NCBI RefSeq assembly: GCF_963921235.1
Contig: NC_086097.1
Location: 27,468,001 to 27,532,000 of the forward strand
Reading direction: 5' to 3'
Length of the DNA: 64,000 bases
From: Mobula hypostoma
Taxonomy: Eukaryota
A model generated the notes under the pieces. The model was not told the origin of the DNA. It did not search any database and saw only the letters and a program-made list of their open reading frames with translations. Positions 37,900-49,350 of the stretch are shown here, piece by piece. Every line of letters starts with the position of its first letter. Position 1 is the stretch's first letter. The position numbers were made by a program, and so were the translations under genes.

Positions 37900-39097
37900 A
37901 TAAACATACAAATCATAAGTTCATTAGGTGCCTCCAGAATCTAATAAAGTGGTCACTGAGCGCACGTTCGTGGTCTCCTGCTGCTGTAACCCATCCACTT
38001 GAAAGTTCGGCATGTTGTACTTTCAGAGACACTCTTCTGTACACCACTGCTGTAATGCGTAGTTATTTGAGTTATTGTTGCCTTCCTGTCAGCTTGAACC
38101 AGTCTGGCCATTCTATTTTGACTTCTCTCATTAACAAGATGTTTTTCCACTCAGAATTGCCACTCACTGGATATTTCTTGTTTTTTGCACCATTCTCTAT
38201 AAACTCTAGAGACTTGTGTGTGAAAATCCTTAGGAGATGAGCAATTTCTGAGATACACAAATCACCCCATCTGGCACCAACAATCAAAATCACTTAGATC
38301 TTATTTCTTCCCCACTCTGATGTTTGGTCTGAACAACAACAGTGGCATCACCATCACTGAATCCCCTACTATCAACATCCTGGGGGTTACCATTGATAGG
38401 AAACTGGACAGGTCTACTAGAGCAGATCAAAGGCTATGAATCTGGTGGAGTGTAACTCACCTCCTACCTACAAGGCTCAGGTCAGGAGTGTAGTGGAATA
38501 CTCGCCACTTGCCTGGATGAGTGCAGCCCATCAACACTCAAGAAGCTTGACACCATCCAGTACAAGGCAGCCCACTTGATTGGTACCCCTTCCACAAGTA
38601 TCCAATTCCTCCACCATCGATGAATATTTGCAGCAGTGTGTATTATCTACAAGATGCACTGCAACAACACATCAAAGTCCTAAGGCAACACCTTCTAGAC
38701 CCACGACCACTGCCATCTAGAAGGATGAGAACAGCAGATACCTGGGAACACCACCACTTGGAAATCCCCCTCCAATATGTCGCTATTCCTTCATTGTCAT
38801 TGAGTCAAGATCATGGAATTCCCTCCCTAACAGCACTGTGAGCATACCTACACCTCAGGGACTGCAGTGGTTCAAGAAGGCAGCTCATCACCACCTTCTC
38901 AAGGGCAGCTAGGAGGGGCAACAAATGCTGGCTTAGCTGGCAATGCCCACATCCCGTAAATGAATAAATTTTAAAAAATTGAACTTCATAACTATGTGTA
39001 CTGTTATGCATTGAGTTGCTGCCACATAATTGGCTGATTAGATAATTGCATTAATGAGCAGGTGTACAGGTGTCCCTAATAAAGTGGCTACAGAGTG
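37900..39097 (-). mobile_element. Tc1-like deletion derivative (N-terminal HTH), interrupted at ~38340-38978
   Basis: ORFs 38072..38293 (IVGARWGDLCISEIAHLL) and 37953..38150 (RMARLVQADRKATITQIT...WMGYSSRRP). Terminal motif taataaagtggc(t)acagagtg-TA, with a similar copy near 37952. Confidence 0.75.
38340..38978 (+). mobile_element. CR1/L2-group (Crack/Zenon-like) LINE 3' fragment
   Basis: YKAQVRSVVEYSPLAWMSAA..TLKKLDTIQYKAAHLIG; ends gaataaatttt followed by an A-run. Confidence 0.65.
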
Positions 39098-39178
39098 TAG
39101 CTATGAAGTTTCCCTCGTTTACTCTCCATTCATTTGCAAAGACATTATCCTCATATATCAGAAGGACCATTTACATAC

Positions 39179-39295
39179 CTGGGGTTGGTGAGCTTGTAGC
39201 ATGATTTCCAGATCTGCAGCATGTGCTTACAGGTGACCAGAGCTTCATCAGGGCCCCTGCACACTGATTCCAGCTTTACTTTAGTGAACAGTAAT
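39179..39295 (-). CDS. TTC7B: TTC7B internal coding exon (117 bp), (I)LLFTKVKLESVCRGPDEALVTCKHMLQIWKSCYKLTNP(S)
   Basis: Boundaries are ttctttctttttag|A TTA CTG...AAC CCC AG|gtatgt. Phase 2/2, in frame with both neighbouring exons; peptide matches recalled TTC7B. Confidence 0.94.
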
Positions 39296-39494
39296 CTAAA
39301 AAGAAAGAACATATAAATGACCCTCAGAGAATTTTGCAGAACAGCGGCAATCTATTCAGTCTAATGTGCTTCTGGCAGCTCTTCAATAAAGCTATGTGAT
39401 CAAGGCAGGGGTTGAGAGGGAAAATAAATCAGTCATGATCGTATGGCAGACAGACTCGATGAACCAAATGGCTAATTGTGCTCCTATGTCTTAA

Positions 39495-39795
39495 AGTGGT
39501 AGTGCAGCAGGTAGTGTAACACTTTACAGCACCAGCATCACTGTCAGTAAGGAGTTTATACATTTTCCCCGTGACCACGTGGGCTTCCTGTGGGTGCCCC
39601 GGTTTCCTCCTACATTCCAAAGATGTATGGGTTAGGGTTAATAAGATATGGGCATGCTATGTTAGCACCAGAAGTATGGCGACAGTAGCGGGCTGCCCTA
39701 GTACATCTTCAGACTGTTGGTGTTGACACAAAACGATGCATTTCACTGTATGTTTCGATGTTTCAATGTACATGTGACAAATAAAGATAATCTTT
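39495..39795 (+). mobile_element. V-SINE with a non-CR1 3' tail
   Basis: Decayed tRNA head and V-domain cgtgggcttcctgtgggtgccccggtttcctcctacattccaaag. Tail ggcatgctatgttagcacc...catttcactgtatgtttcgatg...aataaag. Confidence 0.7.
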
Positions 39796-40119
39796 AAAAA
39801 TCTTTAGTGGGTTAAGAGCCAATCATGTTTGGAAGTCGCATATGGATATTTCTTGTAACTAACAATGAATTTAATAAGCTTTAGAAACATCTCATTAAGC
39901 TTTTCTTCCCCTTTCTTCTCCTTTAAGACACTTCTTAAATCAGTCTTTGATAAAATCTTTTGCTATTTGTCTTAACAGTGTCAAACCATGTCAGATTGTG
40001 CACCTGTGAAATGCCTTGGACTTTTTTATTTCTTTAAATATTATATATTAATGAAATATTTTATATTAATGTGAATCAGAAATGAGGGTAAATAGCAAAG
40101 AAAGCACTATCAACCCCCA

Positions 40120-40212
40120 GCAACACACATCAAAGTTGTTGGTGAACACAGCAGGCCAGGCAGCATCTCTAGGAAGAGGTACAGTCGACGTTTCAGGCCG
40201 AGACCCTTCGTC
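40120..40212 (-). mobile_element. 5'-truncated Penelope pLTR copy, truncated inside the hammerhead core
   Basis: Minus strand GACGAAGGGTCTCGGCCTGAAACGTCGACTG...ctttgatgtgtgttgc. It lacks the leading CU of CUGANGA and the 5' strand of stem I. Confidence 0.85.
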
Positions 40213-41792
40213 CCCTATGTGTCCCACTATCTGGTGTTTTCAATGTTTTCTGATTTTTTTTACATTAAGGTAAAGGAGTTTATCACAGTGAATGAGAGGT
40301 ACTGAAAAATGTCAAGGCCCCTGTAATTCTGGCCAGATGGTGATTCCAGAAAGAATATGGTTTACAGATATTGCCCAGCTCTTCTTAATTAGGGCTCTTC
40401 GTGCATGAGCCCATTCTCTGAGAGTTGTGCAGTTCCTGAATCGCTGGACCATTACAGCTGGATACCAATATCCATGTAGTAGAACCAAACAGTGCCCAAG
40501 AGTGGACTCCCAAGCTTAGCTTTTCCTAACCAAGGGTCACTGTACCTGGAATTATATAACCGCAGATGGAATTACAATGTGACTCATTTTAACTTATACA
40601 ATTTGGAAGGTTGAACCTGAAAGCAAAGTGCAGAGTTAATGGCAAGGTTCTCAACAGTGTGAGGAACAGAATCTTGGCGTGCACATCCATAGATACCTCA
40701 AAGCTGACACACAAGTTGATATGGTGGTCTTCATCAATTGGGGATTAAGTTCAAGAGCTGTGAGGTAATGTTGCAGCTCTAAAAAACCCTGGTTAGACCA
40801 CTTCTGGAATATTGTTTTCAGTTCTGGTCACCTCTTTATAGGAATGATGTGGGAGCTTTAGAGAGGGTGCAGAGGAGATGTACCAAGATGCTGTCTGGAG
40901 ATCAAGCTTGTATGTGCCTGTCAGAATAAAATGTAAAAATAAAAATTGTAGAGAATTTTGGTTTTCAATAGATATTGAGGCCCTAGTTAGGAGGGAAAAA
41001 AAGAGGTGTGTAGCAGTTAAAGGCAGGTAGGAACAAATGAGTAGCTTATGGAGTATAAGAAATGAAAAAGAACACTTAAGAAAGTAATTTGGAAGGTTAT
41101 AAGAAAGCATGAAGTTGCTCTAGAAGACAAGGTGAGGGAGAATCCTCAGGGATTCTACAGATATGTTAAGAGCAAAAGGATTGCAAGGGACAAAATTGGT
41201 CCTCTGGAAGACCAGAATGGTAATTCTTGTGTGGCACCAAAACATATAGGAGAGATCTTAAATGAATTCTTTGCATTTGTCTTTACCCAGAAGACAGATA
41301 CAGAGACTATAGACGTGAGGCAAAGCAGCATCAACTTCATGGACCCTGTACAGATTACAGAGGAAAAGGTGAGGCAAATCAGGATGGATAAATCACCAGG
41401 GCCTGACAAGGTGTTCCTTTGGACCCTATAGGAGGCAAATGAAGAAAATGCCAGGGCCCTTGCAGAGATATTTAAAACATTTTTAACATTTAAGAAAAAC
41501 CTGGACAGGTACATGGATGAGAGGTGTATGGAGGGATATGCTCCAGGTGCAGGTCAGTGGAACTAGGCAGAAAAATGGTTCAGCACAGCCAAGAAGAGTC
41601 AAAAGGCCTGTTTCTGTGCTGTAATGTCCTATGGTTCTATCCAAAGTGACAGGAGAGATACAGAGAATTGGAGGATAGCCAATGTTGTTCTGCTGTTTCC
41701 TGCTCTAAACATAAACCAGGAAATTATAGGCTGGTGAGTCTGACATAAGTTGTGGGAAAGTTATTGGACAGTATTCTAAGGGACCAGACATA

Positions 41793-42221
41793 CACCAGGG
41801 GTGATTGATAAGTTCGTGGCCCAAGGTAGAAGGAGTCAATTTTAGAAAACCTAGCACATTTATTTTTCAACATAGCCCCCTCCTACATTTACACACTTAG
41901 TCCAGCGGCCGTGGAGCTTACGGATCTTGGACTTCCAGAAAGTGTCCACAACAGGGGTGATTGATAAGTTCGTGGCCTAAGGTAGAAGGAGATGAGTTAT
42001 TAACTTCAAACTTTCTGCGTAATCACTCAAAGAGTTGAACTGCACGTACATGTAACGAGAGCTGTATAACTCATCGCCTTCTACGTTAGGCCACAAACTT
42101 ATCAATCACCCCTGCTGTGGACCACTTCTGCAGGTCCAAAACGCCGACTTCTACAAAGAAGGGATCCGTATGCTCCACGACCGCTGGACTAAATATGTAC
42201 TTGTAGGAGGGGGCTATGTTG
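41793..42221. mobile_element. Mariner-derived fold-back MITE with nested TIRs
   Basis: Three TIR copies of aggggtgattgataagttcgtggcc(t)aaggtagaagg (at ~41797 +, ~41953 +, and inverted ending ~42113). The mariner C-terminus DFYKEGIRMLHDRWTKYV..GGGYV is on + with an inverted copy at 41868-41926. TA precedes the left end. Confidence 0.75.
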
Positions 42222-42529
42222 CTTTGCATGGTAGGTTATGTCTAACCAATCTTGTAGAGCTTTTCGAGGAAGTTACCAGGAAAGTGGATGAAGGCAAGGT
42301 AGTGAATGTTGTCTATATGGACTTTAGTAAGTCCCTTGACAAGGTCCCGCATGGGAGGTTGGTCAAGAAGGTTCAGTTGCTCGGCATTCAAGATGAAGTA
42401 GTAAATTGGATTAGACATTGACTCATGGGAGAAGCCAGAAAGTGGTAGTAGAGGGTTGCCTCTCTGACTGGAGGCCTGTGACTAGTGGTGTGCTGCAGAG
42501 ATCAGTGCTGGGTGTTTTGTTATTTGCCA

Positions 42530-43078
42530 TCACTAATTTTTATAGATGCACCATAGAAAGCATTCTTCTAGGGTGCATCACAACCTGGTATGGAAGTTGT
42601 CCTGTCCAACACCGGAAGAAGCTGCAGAAGATCGTGAACACAGCCCAGCACATCACACAGACCAATCTTCCGTCCTTGGACTCACTTTACACCGCACGCT
42701 GTCGGAGCAGTGCTGCCAGGATAATCAAGGACACGACCCACCCAGCCAACACACTTTTTGTCCCTCTTCCCTCCGGGAGAAGGCTTAGGAGCTTGAAGAC
42801 TCGTACGGCCAGATTTGGGAACAGCTTCTTTCTAACTGTGATAAGACAGCTGAACGGATCCTGACCCAGATCTGGGCCATACCCTCCAAATATCTGGACC
42901 TGCCTCTCGGTTTTTTTGCACTACCTTACTTTCCCTTTTCTATTTATGATTTATAATTTAAATTTTTAATATTTACTATCGATTTGTACTCCAGGGAGCA
43001 CGCAGTGCAGAATCAAATATCACTGTGATGATTGTACGTTCTAGTATCAACTGGTTGGCAACAATAAAGTATAAAGTA
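42530..43078 (+). mobile_element. Rex1/Babar-like LINE 3' fragment inserted in CR1
   Basis: TNFYRCTIESILLGCITTWYG...LPSGRRLRSLKTRTARFGNSF (ORF 42418..42864); tail aataaagtataaagta. Confidence 0.85.
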
Positions 43079-45124
43079 TCTATATCAATGATCTGGATGA
43101 TAACGTGGTTAGCAGGATCAGTAAATTTGCAGATGACACCATGATTAGGGATGTAGTGGACAGTGAGGAAGGCTATCATGGCTTGCAGAGGGATCTGCAT
43201 CAGCTGGAAAAATGGGCTGAAAAACGTTAGATGGAATTTAATGCAGACAAGTGTGAGGTTTTGCAGTTCGGTAGGACCAACCAGGGTAGGTCTTACACAG
43301 TGAATGGCAGAGCACTGAAGAGTGCAATAGAACAAAGGGATCTGGAAATACAGGTCCATAGTTCATTGAAGGTTGTGTGACAGGTAGATAGATACGTAAA
43401 GAAAACTTTTGGCACATTGGCCTTCATAAATCAAAGCATTGAGTACAGGAAATGGGATGTTATGTTCAAGTTGTAAAAGACATTGATGAAGCCTAATTTG
43501 GAATATTAAGTGCAGTTTTCCTACAGGAAAGACGTAAACAAGGTTGAAATAGCACAGAGAAAATTTACAAAGATGTTGTTTGGTCTCGAGGACCTGAGTT
43601 ATAAGGAAAGATTGAATACGTTAGGACTGTATTCTTTAGAACATACATAGAAGATTGAGAAGAGATTTGATAGGGGTATAGATAGGGTAAATGCAAGCAG
43701 GCTTTTTCCACTGAGACTATAACCAGAGGTCATGGGCTAAGAATGAAATGTGAGAAGTTCAAGGGGAACATGAGGGGAAACATCTTCACTCAGAGGGTCA
43801 TGAGAGTGTGGAATCGGCTGCCAGCACAAGTGGTGCATGTGAGCTCGATTTCAACATTTAAGAGAAGTTTGGATAGGTACCTGGATGGTAGGGGTATGGA
43901 GAGTTACGCTCTTGGTGTAGATCGATAGGAGCAGGCAGTTTAAATAGTTTTGGCATGGACTAGATGGGCCAAAGGGCCTGTTTCTGTGCTGTACTTCTCT
44001 ATGACATTTAAGAGACTCTTAAATAGCCACATAAATGAAAGACAAATGGAGAGCTATGTTGGAAGGGTCAGATTGATTCTGGAGAAGGTTAAAAGGTCAG
44101 CATAAAATTGTGGGCCGAAGAGTCTGTACACTGCCGAAGTGTCCTATGTTCTATATACTTATCAGTCTACACTGATCTGCGGTCATTGCTGGACAACGGA
44201 TCAGATTTCATGTCAGACAGTTCAGTGATAATAAATCTGATCTTAATGGTGCTCAGCGTGGGGGTTGTCCTGAATCATTACATAAAATGTAGCAGCAGTA
44301 CTAGGCCATTTGGGCCAACTAGTCTGCTCATCCATTCCATTGTGGCTGATTTATTATCCTTCTCTTCTGCATTCCCCCACCTTCTCCCCATAAGCTTTGA
44401 CACCTATCAACCTCTGCTTTAAATATACCAATGACTTGGCCTCCACAGCCATCCTTGGAAATTAATTCCACAGATTCTTCAACCCCTGGCTAAAGAAATT
44501 CCTTCTCATCTCTGTACTAAGGGGACACCCTTCTATTCTGAGGCAGTGCCGTCTGGTCCTAGACTATCCCACTATTGGAAACATTTGTTCCACGTCCACT
44601 CTAGCCTTTCAGTATTCAATAGGTTTCAATGGGCTTCCCCTCATTCTTCTTAAACTCGAGCAGGTATGGCCCACAGCCATTAAACAATCCTTATATGTTA
44701 ACTCTTTCTTTCCCAGGTTCATTCTTGTGAACCTTCTCTGAACCCTCCACAAAAGCTATTATAGGGATATTTGTACAAACGTTTGTAGATTATACCTATA
44801 AGTGTCCGTTTTGCTCAGTGGGTGCAGTTCCCTTGTCTGAATCAGATGGTTGCCAACTCAAACCTTGGGGCTGCAAAACCTTTCAGCAAGGGAATGACAA
44901 ATTAACTGGACTGGCAGCTGGATTGATGACTGCAGTTTGAATCTCACCATAGCAGATGGGAAATTTAAATTAGTAAAGGCTGGCCTGAAATTTAAAATTT
45001 AATATTTAAAAGATAGCATTAGTAAAAGTAAAAAGATAAAACTCCCACACTGTTTAAACAACCAAGTTGTCCACTATTCTTCAAGTAAAGAGACTTGTCA
45101 GCTTTCTTTTCTTTTTTTTTGTTA

Positions 45125-45332
45125 ATTTTAAAGATGCAGCACCGTAACAGGCTGTTCTGGACCAATGAGTGTACGTTGCCCAATTGCACCAATGTAACCA
45201 GCTAACCTACTAGCCCCTATGTCTTTGGGAGAAAACTGGCGTGACCAGAGGAAACCCACGCGGTCATAGGGAGAACGTGCAAACTCCTTACAGACAGTAG
45301 CAGGAATTGAACACGGGTCACTGGCACTGTAG
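45125..45332 (-). mobile_element. V-SINE, minus strand
   Basis: Reverse complement of the V-domain (gaggaaacccacgcggtcatagggagaacgtgcaaactccttacagac) and a B-box-like segment. Confidence 0.65.
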
Positions 45333-45393
45333 CATATGAGTGCCTCTAGATGTTGTCTCTAAATTGCCACCCTCACCAGCAAGTCCCAGGTCC

Positions 45394-47659
45394 TGTGAAT
45401 GGGTCATCAGAAATGTAGATGAGGATTTAGCAGTAAAATAATATTTTATTAATAAACTGCAAAATAACAAGCCACAAAGGGCCACAAAACCAGAGAGAAT
45501 AGATACTTAACACAACAAGGCAACAAAGTAACCGAAGACAAGGAGCAACTTTTTGAGGCTGGCTGGTTCGATGGGTGAACAAAGGTCTGTAGATGAGAGC
45601 TGGGTTTAAATAGGCTACAGGTGATGAGCTGGAAACGATTGGCAGGTGGCTCTTGCAGGGTAGAGACTGGAAGGTGCCTGTCTATGCAGGCCTGACAAGA
45701 ACCCCCTCCCCCCCCGTGGCTGGCACCCGATGTCCCAGGGTGATCTAGATGAGTTCAGTGGTACTCCTCAAAGAGGAAACTGGATGGCACCCAAGACTTC
45801 TACACCCTACAGAAAGACTTCTGGTCATTCTCAGTTGACCAGGTACTGCACACCCCATCCACAATGACATGAACCCATCATCCAGCAAACTGTGCGCACT
45901 GGACGACCTTCTACCATGCTTCGTCCTGGAGGTGCAGGCTCAGGTGGGTTGGGTGGTCCATGGACCAGGAGTTTGAGGCAGGACATGTGGAAGGTACAGT
46001 AGGTGTGATCCGGAGGTACAGTGGCTGCTGGAGAAGGTAGGCGACTGGGTTGATGCAATGGGCACTCTTAAAGGGATAATGAACAAGGTCAGAAGCTTGT
46101 GGGAGTCAGTGCGCAGGGGAAGATCTCGGATGGAGCGCCAGACGATGTTCCCAGGCCAGAATAGTCTCACTAGATGCAGATGGTGGTTAGCCTGATAGCA
46201 GTCAGTATGGCTGACAGCTAGGAGGCCCTCTGCCTTCTTCCAAGCATTCTGGCATCTGTGAGCCAAGGCCTTGATGAACAGAACCTCCCCCACTGGCTCC
46301 TTTGCAGGGAACAACTGTGGTTGGTAGCACTTGAAGCACTTCAAAGGATGACATACCTGTAGCAGAGGATGTGTGTAAATTGTGGAACAGCTTGGGCCAG
46401 AGAAGATATTCCTTCCGTGTGGAAGGCTGAGAGGTGGCAAAGCATCACAGAAACTTCTCCATTTGCTGATTGGCTCTTTCTGTTTGGCTGTGGATGATAG
46501 TCAGAGGACAACCTCACTGAAGTGTGGAGGAGGGAGCAGAAGGTACCTCAGAAGCAGGAGATGAATTGTGGGCCAAAGTCCAACTCAATGTCCCAAGGAA
46601 AACCATGGAGGCCAACTACAGTTGGAGAACTGGTCCACAACTGTCACTAGTGGCGCTATTGGAAGGTGGTAACCCTGTGATAAAATCCATGGCGATGTGG
46701 AACCATAGGCACTGGGGGGGGGGGGGGGTCCAGTATGGGCTGCAGGCGTCCAGAGGGCTGCTGGTTGAAGGAATTGGACTGGGCACATTGAGGGCAGGCA
46801 GCGTCAAACTGATGTACATCTGTGATCATGGTGGGCCCCCAGAATTGGCGCTGCAGAAAATCAAGAGTCCGTTGTGTGCCTGGATGGCCGGACAGGGGTG
46901 AGGAATGGGCCCACAGGAATGCCTCACAGAGTGCACCGGCCAGCACGTACATGCAGTTGTCAGGTGTGTCGGCCGGAGCAGGCTTCTGCTGTAGAGCATA
47001 GTGAATCTGGTTCTCAACATCCCAGACAATCGGGGCGAGGACCTGCAAGGCTGGAATGATGGGCTGAGGGTTGATCTCTGTTTCAGCCGTGTTGAACTGT
47101 CATGTCAGGGTGTCCACCTTAGTGTTCTTGGTCGATAAGAAATAGTGAAATCGAATTGCTTGAAGAAGAGGACGCAGCAAGCCTGACGTGGGTTGAGTTG
47201 GTGGGTCTGTTGTATGGACATGAAGTTCTGCTGGTCAGTCCAGATCAATAAGGGCTCGGTGTTTCCCATCAACCAGTGTCTACATTCCTTCAAGGCCCAT
47301 TTAATGCTGAGTAGCTCCCTGTCTCCTACTCCATAATAGCGTTGTGTAGAGTTGAACTTGCATGAGAAGGCACAAGGGTGTGTCTTCCCATACAGTCCTC
47401 ACTAGCAGAGAATGGCCCCCACATCCATGTCAGATACATCTACCTCCACCACAAAAGGTAAGGAGTGGTGGAGAATGGGAATGGTGGTGAAGCGTCTCTT
47501 GAGCTATTCCAAAGCGTGGTCTGCAGCCACAGACCAGGATATCAGTGAGATAGGTAATTTAGTAAGGGAGGTGAGAGGAGCAGCGATTTGGCTGTAGTTC
47601 CTGATAAAAGTCATCAGATTTGGAAACGAGTGGCAGGTGATTCCTGTGCCGGCCTGACA
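45394..47659 (-). mobile_element. Internally deleted Ty3/Gypsy chromovirus-like LTR retrotransposon
   Basis: 3' LTR 45394-45697 runs TG...CA with a TATA-like box and AATAAA, preceded by the PPT gggggggagggggttct. 5' LTR stub at ~47620-47659. 4-bp TSD GTCC at 45390-45393 and 47660-47663. RNase H (KECRHWL..IWTDQQN), integrase (GHPGTQRT..CPQCAQ, PWFHIAMDFITGLP) and chromodomain (GVQYLVN..SWVP) remnants. Confidence 0.9.
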
Positions 47660-48224
47660 GTCCCTTCTCAGCCTAATTTTAAGCAATAGGCATGAATATA
47701 ATACCTAATGGTTATTAGGTTTCTGAAGTGATATCCAAGGTGCCCTGTAAGTAATAAAATTATTCATACAAGGAGGAGGAAAGGACACAGGGCTGTAGAA
47801 GGACAAGCCCAAAAACAGTTATTGGGAACACACTGAAATCCATTATCAAGGCAGTGACAACAAGGCAGTTGGAGAATCGTAACATGATTAGGCTGAGTCA
47901 ACACAGTCTGTGGTTTTATGAAAGGGAAATTAATAAATCTAATGGTGCTTTTTGAGGAAGTAGCTACTAGGATAGATGCGTGATCGCTGGAAACAACGTA
48001 TCTGAACTTTTAACAAGCGTTCATTTTGGGCCATATAAAAAGTTATTACACAAATATAAGGGATAAATTACAATAGAGTATTGGTTAAAGACCTATAAAC
48101 ATTAAACATGTTTACATCCAGTAGCCACTGGTCTCAAATGGTAAATGCCCAACCACAGCATTCAGGGTGCATTTGTAGATTCTTGCTGAATTATCTGGCC
48201 TCACCTAGAATGTCAATGACAATC

Positions 48225-49350
48225 AAGACCATAAGACCATAAAACATAGGAGCAGAATTAGGCCATTCAGCCCACTGAGTCTGTTCCACCATTCCACCAT
48301 GGCAGATCCCAGATTCCTCTCCACATACACCTGCCTTCTCACCATATCCTTTGATGCCCTGACTGATCAGGAAATGATCAACTTCCACCTTAAATATATG
48401 CACAGACTTGGCCACGACCACGGTCTGTGTCAGAGCATTCCACAGATTTACTACTCTCTGGCTAAAAAAATTCCTCATTACGTCTGTTCTAAACGGTTGC
48501 CCCTCAATTTTGAGACTGTGCGCTCTAGTTCTGGATACCCCCACCATGAGAAACATCCTCTCCACATACACCCTATCTAGTCCTTCCAACATTCAGTAGG
48601 GTTCAATGAGATCCCCCCTGTATTCTTCTAAGTTTCAGTGAGTACAGGCCCAAAGCTGCCAAACGCTCCTCATATGTTAACCACTTTTTTCCCAGAACCA
48701 TCTTCGTGAACCTCCTCTGGACTCTCTCCAACGACAACACATCCTTTCTGAATTATGGGGCCCAAAATTGTTGACAATACTCCAAGTGCAACTTGACTAG
48801 TGTCTTATAAAGGCTCAGTATTATCTCCTTGCTTTTATATTCTATTCCCCTTGAAATAAACGTCAACATTGCATTTGACTTCTTTACCACAGACTCAACC
48901 TGTAAATTAACCTTGTGGGAGCCTTGCATGAGGATTCCTAAGGCCCCCTGCACCTCTGATGTTTGAATCTTTTCTCCATTTACATAATAGTCCGCACTAT
49001 TGTTCCTTCTAGCAAAATGCATTATTATACATTTCCCAACACTGTATTCCATCTGCCACTTTTTTGCCCATTCTTCCAATATGTCTAAGTCCTGCTGCAA
49101 TTGCTTTGTTTCCTCAGCACTACCTAACCTTCCAGCTATCTTTGTATCATCTGCAAACTTTGCTACAAAGACATCAATTCCATTATCCAAATCATCGACA
49201 GACAATGTGAAAAGCAGTGGTCCCAAAACTGACCCCTGAGAAACACCACTAGTCACTGGCAGCCAACCAGAGAAGGCCCCTTTTATTCCCACTCACTGCC
49301 TCCTGCCTGTCAGTCATTCTGCTATCCATGCCAGTATCTTTCCTGTATCA
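48225..49350 (-). mobile_element. CR1 LINE 3' fragment
   Basis: ORF 48753..49292 has GVSQGSVLGPLLF..KFADDTKI; tail (atggtctt)n. Confidence 0.9.

Larger units (their letters stand above)
40600..44005 (+). mobile_element. Patchwork of CR1 fragments hosting mariner and Rex1 insertions
   Basis: ENPQGFYRYVKSKR, VYMDFSKSLDKVPHGRL, SKFADDT and a CR1 3' UTR ending gggcctgtttctgtgctgtacttctctatg. Confidence 0.8.
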
